From: a virus
Direction: 5' to 3' (one strand)
DNA: 64,000 bases
Virus record (IMG/VR): IMGVR_UViG_3300045988_015843
Part shown: in pieces, positions 60,301-64,000 of the stretch
How positions within the stretch are numbered: position 1 is the first letter of the stretch
How the letters are laid out: each line of letters begins with the position of its first letter
Translations under genes and position numbers: made by a program
The notes under the pieces: model-generated
What the model saw: only the letters and a program-made list of their open reading frames with translations
Databases searched by the model: none
What the model was told of the DNA's origin: nothing

Positions 60301-61137
60301 ACAACAGCTCAGTTTACAGAAGCTGCTGGTTTTGATTATTCTAAATATTACATACCGATGAAGGGTTATGATGGTAAATAGCTTATGACATTGATATCTA
60401 GGGACGGAAGATCGTTTTATGACTCTAGTGATAAAAATTCTCCGCTCAATAGTGCTAGAGGTAGGAGAGTTGGCAACAGCATTGTTGTTACTGTGAGTTA
60501 TGGAGCTGAGACGAAGATGTATGTTCGTGGCAAAAGTGGTAAAGTTTTGACGAAGACTATAAATACGTCTGAAATGACCGATGATGCCATTAAGAGTAAT
60601 ACTGGGTGGAATGCTTTAACTGCAGATCAAATCATACACGACTAGGTAGCAAACAGAGTAGCTGCTGGTGTATTATTACAACCGATGTATGAAAGACACG
60701 CTCGAAAAGAGGTAATAACCAACATTGCAAAAATAGTTAAAGAATATGGAGATAAATATGGTGTTACGTTGTCGACATGTGCTGAACCAGATATTCTTCC
60801 ATCTGGAATATCTCATGAGGGTTGTTTGAGCGTTTAGGCTATAAATAGAATACTTGGTACGCATATTGACGATAAAGGTACGGATAATAACAATATTAAA
60901 TCAAGACCTCTTTGTTCATGTTATGGTGGTAAGACGGATATTCTTGCATATGATAAACGTTGTGCTTCAAGCTGCACATACTGCTATGCGCATCACAATA
61001 GTAACGCTGCAGCACTTTTATATAACAAAGATGGATCTTTGAGGAACATTCCTCTCACAACTACTCGTAAAGATACTGAGAAATTTGATGATACAGATAT
61101 TGATGATAAATTCATATATCATTGTAAAGGTAAATAA
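39340..61137 (+). CDS. Giant polyvalent virion protein (7265 aa) that includes the crAss-type virion RNA polymerase region
   Basis: There are 23 track fragments: 39340, 40759, 41509, 42928, 43840, 44461, 44854, 45340, 46537, 47737, 50212, 51295, 51502, 51874, 52525, 53659, 54223, 55561, 56320, 57001, 58090, 58924 and 60385. All are in frame 1. I read every gap codon by codon. Only TAG interrupts the frame (about 52 times). The first TAA/TGA in frame is TAA at 61135. Confidence 0.8.
44461..45990 (+). other. PD-(D/E)XK nuclease domain within the giant ORF
   Basis: GEPDLIAIDQDGGIHMIDIKTS at 45295-45360 gives the D ... D-x-K motif. A downstream QYSNQQTAY supplies the Q..Y motif, and RRVHATIP lies upstream. 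Confidence 0.6.
46537..55953 (+). other. Virion RNA polymerase-like region of the giant ORF (catalytic DFDID at 53221-53235)
   Basis: ITGSDFDIDKLYL is a DxDxD metal-binding motif of the type found in the crAss-like virion RNAP. Region size and position after the cargo genes fit. Domain limits are approximate. Confidence 0.55.
47989..48003 (+). other. HExxH zinc-metallopeptidase motif (HEAFH) within the giant ORF
   Basis: The context is NGVEYHEAFHRIFELIIPEH. This is a motif-only call. Confidence 0.4.
56170..56553 (+). other. DUF4326-like segment
   Basis: IGNPFDW(Q)KYGQEKSL(Q)MFYEWL ... ILYYKELGHPSHATVLGYLI resembles the GNPF ... W ... CH..VL pattern. Low certainty. Confidence 0.3.
56554..57180 (+). 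other. NADAR (YbiA/DUF1768) domain 1
   Basis: Pattern: LSNFAIRPF ... FYSVE(Q)AF(Q)YYK ... GRQPLG ... W ... SFEQNPQAAQRLLDTGNATLTHN... Confidence 0.65.
57220..57540 (+). other. NADAR domain 2 (shorter paralog)
   Basis: Pattern: VVIRPF ... FKSIAQAFQYIKA ... SWDNDSYNIMTQLTKESFEQNPSAAKIL. Confidence 0.55.
58240..59650 (+). other. SF1 (RecD/Dda-like) helicase domain
   Basis: Motifs:
- Walker A: TGKAGTGKTT (58351-58377)
- Walker B: ILFVDEASML
- LGDPGQLPPI
- YAITSHKSQGSTYD
- YTAITRARNSAVIL. Confidence 0.8.
59830..61040 (+). other. DUF1848-like domain at the C-terminus of the giant ORF
   Basis: Pattern: IAVASEHTDPVFFAKH ... ITGMGGTKYEPGV ... VTVRIDPIIPG ... C-terminal Cys cluster CSCYGGKTDILAYDKRCASSCTYCYAHHN. 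Confidence 0.5.
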
Positions 61138-61139
61138 TT

Positions 61140-64000
61140 ATGATAATTGCATGTCCCAATTTAGCAAATCCTGAAGTAAAACAGGAATTTAATGAGCTCG
61201 TATCCGTATTAGGAGAGAAAGCTGCTTATGCAGCATGGGCTCTAAATGATGGGAACATGATAGATCGAGCTCCTAACGGAGCTCCTTCTATCTTGTTTCA
61301 ATCATTACTATCTAAAAATAAAAATGATCGTACAGCAGCCATACGTGAAAAGGCTGAAATATACAAGAAATCGTTCAATTCTTGGTTTACAAAGCTAGGT
61401 GATGAAGCTAAAGAATTATTTACCGACGCTAATGGAGAACCATTGACAGAAGTATTGGATAAGAATTTTAGTTCTATTTACGATATTCTTGTTGGTAAAC
61501 AAGATCCTGTAGTTGATTTAAACTCAGACACTGAATATGAAATAAATGCTCGTAGAGATACAAATTCTAAGCTAATAAACACTATTGCTAGTACACATAG
61601 ACAACTCAAACAGATACCTAAGAAAGTAAACACAACACGTTACGGTGGAGATAATATATATTATCAACTACGTAAAGCTTTACCTAAGGAGATTGTTGAA
61701 GATATAGTTAAGTTCTATTATGAAGAAAAAGATCGTGATTCGTTCTTAGATAGAGTAGAATTCTATATCAATAACGAGCTTAAGCAATCTGTTATGCCAA
61801 AAGTTATAGCTGCGGCTAAAGAAAGACAACTTGAATTATCAACACATTATGATGCTCGTCAAATAACTGCATAGTTGTTTGGAGCACTTAAGAGTGGTAG
61901 AATAACAGGTGATGTTGAAGCAGACGAGGCATTCATTGGTCATTATCAAACGCAGTTAGCTCAACAATTATTTCCAGCTATTTATAAAAAAGGTTGGTCT
62001 AAATAGAGGTATGGTTATTATGCTAAGTAGTTTTCTTAGATATCTAAAAAGATATATGCTGACGTTATATCGTAGAATAATGCTCGCATGGGCAATCTTA
62101 ATCATATATACAAGCTTGAAGCCGTTGTTGCAGGGTTAAAAAACTATAAGTTTAAACAACACCTTATTGAATATATAACAGCTGTTGATCGTACAACTCA
62201 ACGTAACAAACCTAGTGATGGTAAAAAACATCGTGTTTTTGGATACGGTTTCACAATCGATGGTTTTGCTGCTAAAAAAGATTTTCAATTATCACCACTA
62301 TATCTTACTTTTGGAAATAAACGAAAACGATCTCTTAAAGAAGTTCTTTCTGATATAAAACAACGTACTGGTATTTATGATAATGTTATAGACGCTATCT
62401 TGAGCAAGATGCGTGGCGATACAACTGTATAGTTGACCGTTACTGAGCACCGTCATGCACTCGGTGTTACAATATCATCTAACTCTAATCCGTCTATGTC
62501 GATTATACATCTTTCGACTGAAAACATTGATGAATTTGAACTTATGCATACGATTATACATGAAGCAATTCATGTTGTAACGAATCAGTATTTCCACGAT
62601 AACCCTCAAGCAACTGAGTTATTTAATAAATATGCTAAATATTTATAGATGATAGATAGTAATTGGTACGGCAACACCAATGCAAAAGAGATGATGGCGG
62701 AGTTCTTCTCAAATGCTGATTATAGAGAGTGGCTGAAGACGGTGCCTGCACCAAAAGTTAAAATATCAATGTTTGAGAAGATTGTAGATTTTATTGTACG
62801 TATATTTACAGGTGATTCTAAAAATGCTTACGAACAAATAAAGCCTGCATTCGAATACATTTTTAATGAATCATTAGCTGATATAACTGTTAGTGAACTT
62901 ACTGGTTATGACAAAGCTGTTAAATCAGATTATCTAAAATCAGTACAGTCTATATCAGAACAAGTTCAAGAGATGTATGACGATATCCAGTCAAAGAAAC
63001 GTGAATATTTAGATAATGTTAAAGCTCAACATAAAAACAATACAGGCGTTGCTTATACTCCGGATTAGATTAATCGTATAACAGTACAATATGATCAGAA
63101 TCAATTATCTAAGTAGATATCTACATATCAAAAGACATTAGCTCAGCTACACGGTTTAATCTTTAACGGTACGTACTATGAGTCAACAGGGCACTCTTTA
63201 ATGAACGGTATTGTAGAGTATGTTGTCAATGCATTAGATCAATCAACGTTCTCAGCATATCGTAATTAGAATATTGATAGATACTCTGATTTAACACCAG
63301 ATCATATGTCTAATGTTACTGAAATCATAAGAAATGCTTTTGTTGATGGTGACATACAAACTCTTGACAAACAATTAGCGTTGACATACGTTAGAATGTT
63401 CTGGCAAACTCCATTGATACAATAGGGTTTACAACTGCTCGATAATGGAAGTAAGAACCCCAATCAACTTGAGACAGAACTCGTTAATCTTATAACAGAA
63501 GAGTCTCTTAAAGATCGTATCTAGAATAAAAGTTTACGTGATTATATCAAAGACTTTTGGAATAATCTTAAAAAGATCGTATCTAAAGTGTTTGATCCTA
63601 AAAACGTTAGCCAACAACAGCGTGATGAGATATTTAAAACTATCAAAGCTGCTCAATTATACGATCAAGAATTAAAGGAGGATTCTTCTATAACTCCGAT
63701 ATATGATAGAGCTAATGGTGATTTTACATCATCTTTGTTGTTATCTGAACAAGATAAATAGATTCTTCCAGAAGTTATAAAACACGGTAAAACTAGATTA
63801 TCTGCTCTACGAGCAAAACGTGTTCGTAATGAACGTAAAATGGTTGAAATACGTAACCAAATAGAGTAGTTTGAAGAGTTAAATGGTGAGAGTATTGTAG
63901 ATACGTATAATACTGTTATAGAATGTTTAGTTGATGCTGAAAACGACTTCAGATAGACGTTGAACTATATGGATTAGTTGACATCTAGAGATATTAGTTC
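61140..64000 (+). CDS. Second giant ORF (more than 953 codons; runs off the right edge) with an HExxH metallopeptidase motif; about 16 in-frame TAG
   Basis: ATG 61140 lies 3 nt after the previous TAA. Track ORFs 61140, 62088, 62433 and 62649 share frame 0, and the rest of the window stays open apart from TAG. HEAIH lies at 62559-62573 (MHTIIHEAIHVVT). Confidence 0.75.

Noticed and set aside
5428-64000. Reading the many short same-strand ORFs as separate small genes or as a heavily pseudogenised region
   Set aside because: All breaks are TAG, the fragments stay in one frame over many kilobases, conserved motifs continue across the breaks, and TAA/TGA occur only at sensible gene ends.
1-64000. 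TGA reassignment (code 4-like) instead of, or in addition to, TAG
   Set aside because: TGA closes at least ten merged genes, for example at 2383, 4594, 8506, 17967, 20071, 23227, 23958, 29772, 35327 and 37270. It often does so in ATGA overlaps with the next start. No merged gene needs read-through of TGA.

Overview
This window is AT-rich phage DNA with the layout of a crAss-like (Crassvirales-type) podophage. Two genes sit on the minus strand at the left edge: thyX (1-623) and one recoded ORF. A repeat-rich divergent intergenic region follows (1190-1564). After that, about 62 kb is transcribed only on the plus strand. The main observation is that the ORF track is fragmented because TAG is a sense codon here, almost certainly Gln. 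Neighbouring track fragments share a frame and are separated only by TAG. Every real gene end is TAA or TGA. In two pairs of internal paralogs, TAG aligns with CAA/CAG (Gln). Joining fragments across TAG gives these genes:
- terminase large subunit, 12367-14433
- portal, 14436-17969, carrying a LAGLIDADG intein at 15888-16934
- scaffold-like gene, then major capsid protein, 20099-21622
- head-tail and tail genes, including a 1545-aa tail protein
- a lysis cassette
- two internal/cargo proteins
- one uninterrupted 21.8-kb ORF (39340-61137, 7265 codons, about 52 in-frame TAG). It combines cargo-like regions, a PD-(D/E)XK nuclease, an HExxH motif, a crAss-type virion RNA polymerase motif (DFDID), a DUF4326-like segment, two NADAR domains, an SF1 helicase and DUF1848.
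- a second giant ORF starting at 61140 and running off the window.

A TAG-free early island (1565-5264) holds the small-RNA genes. In it I find what looks like an amber-suppressor tRNA(CUA), Gln-like, whose two halves flank a 979-nt intervening sequence encoding an HNH endonuclease. Removing that sequence at a U|...G| junction rebuilds a canonical CUCUAAC anticodon loop. All assignments come from reading the sequence and recognising motifs by eye. No database search was run.
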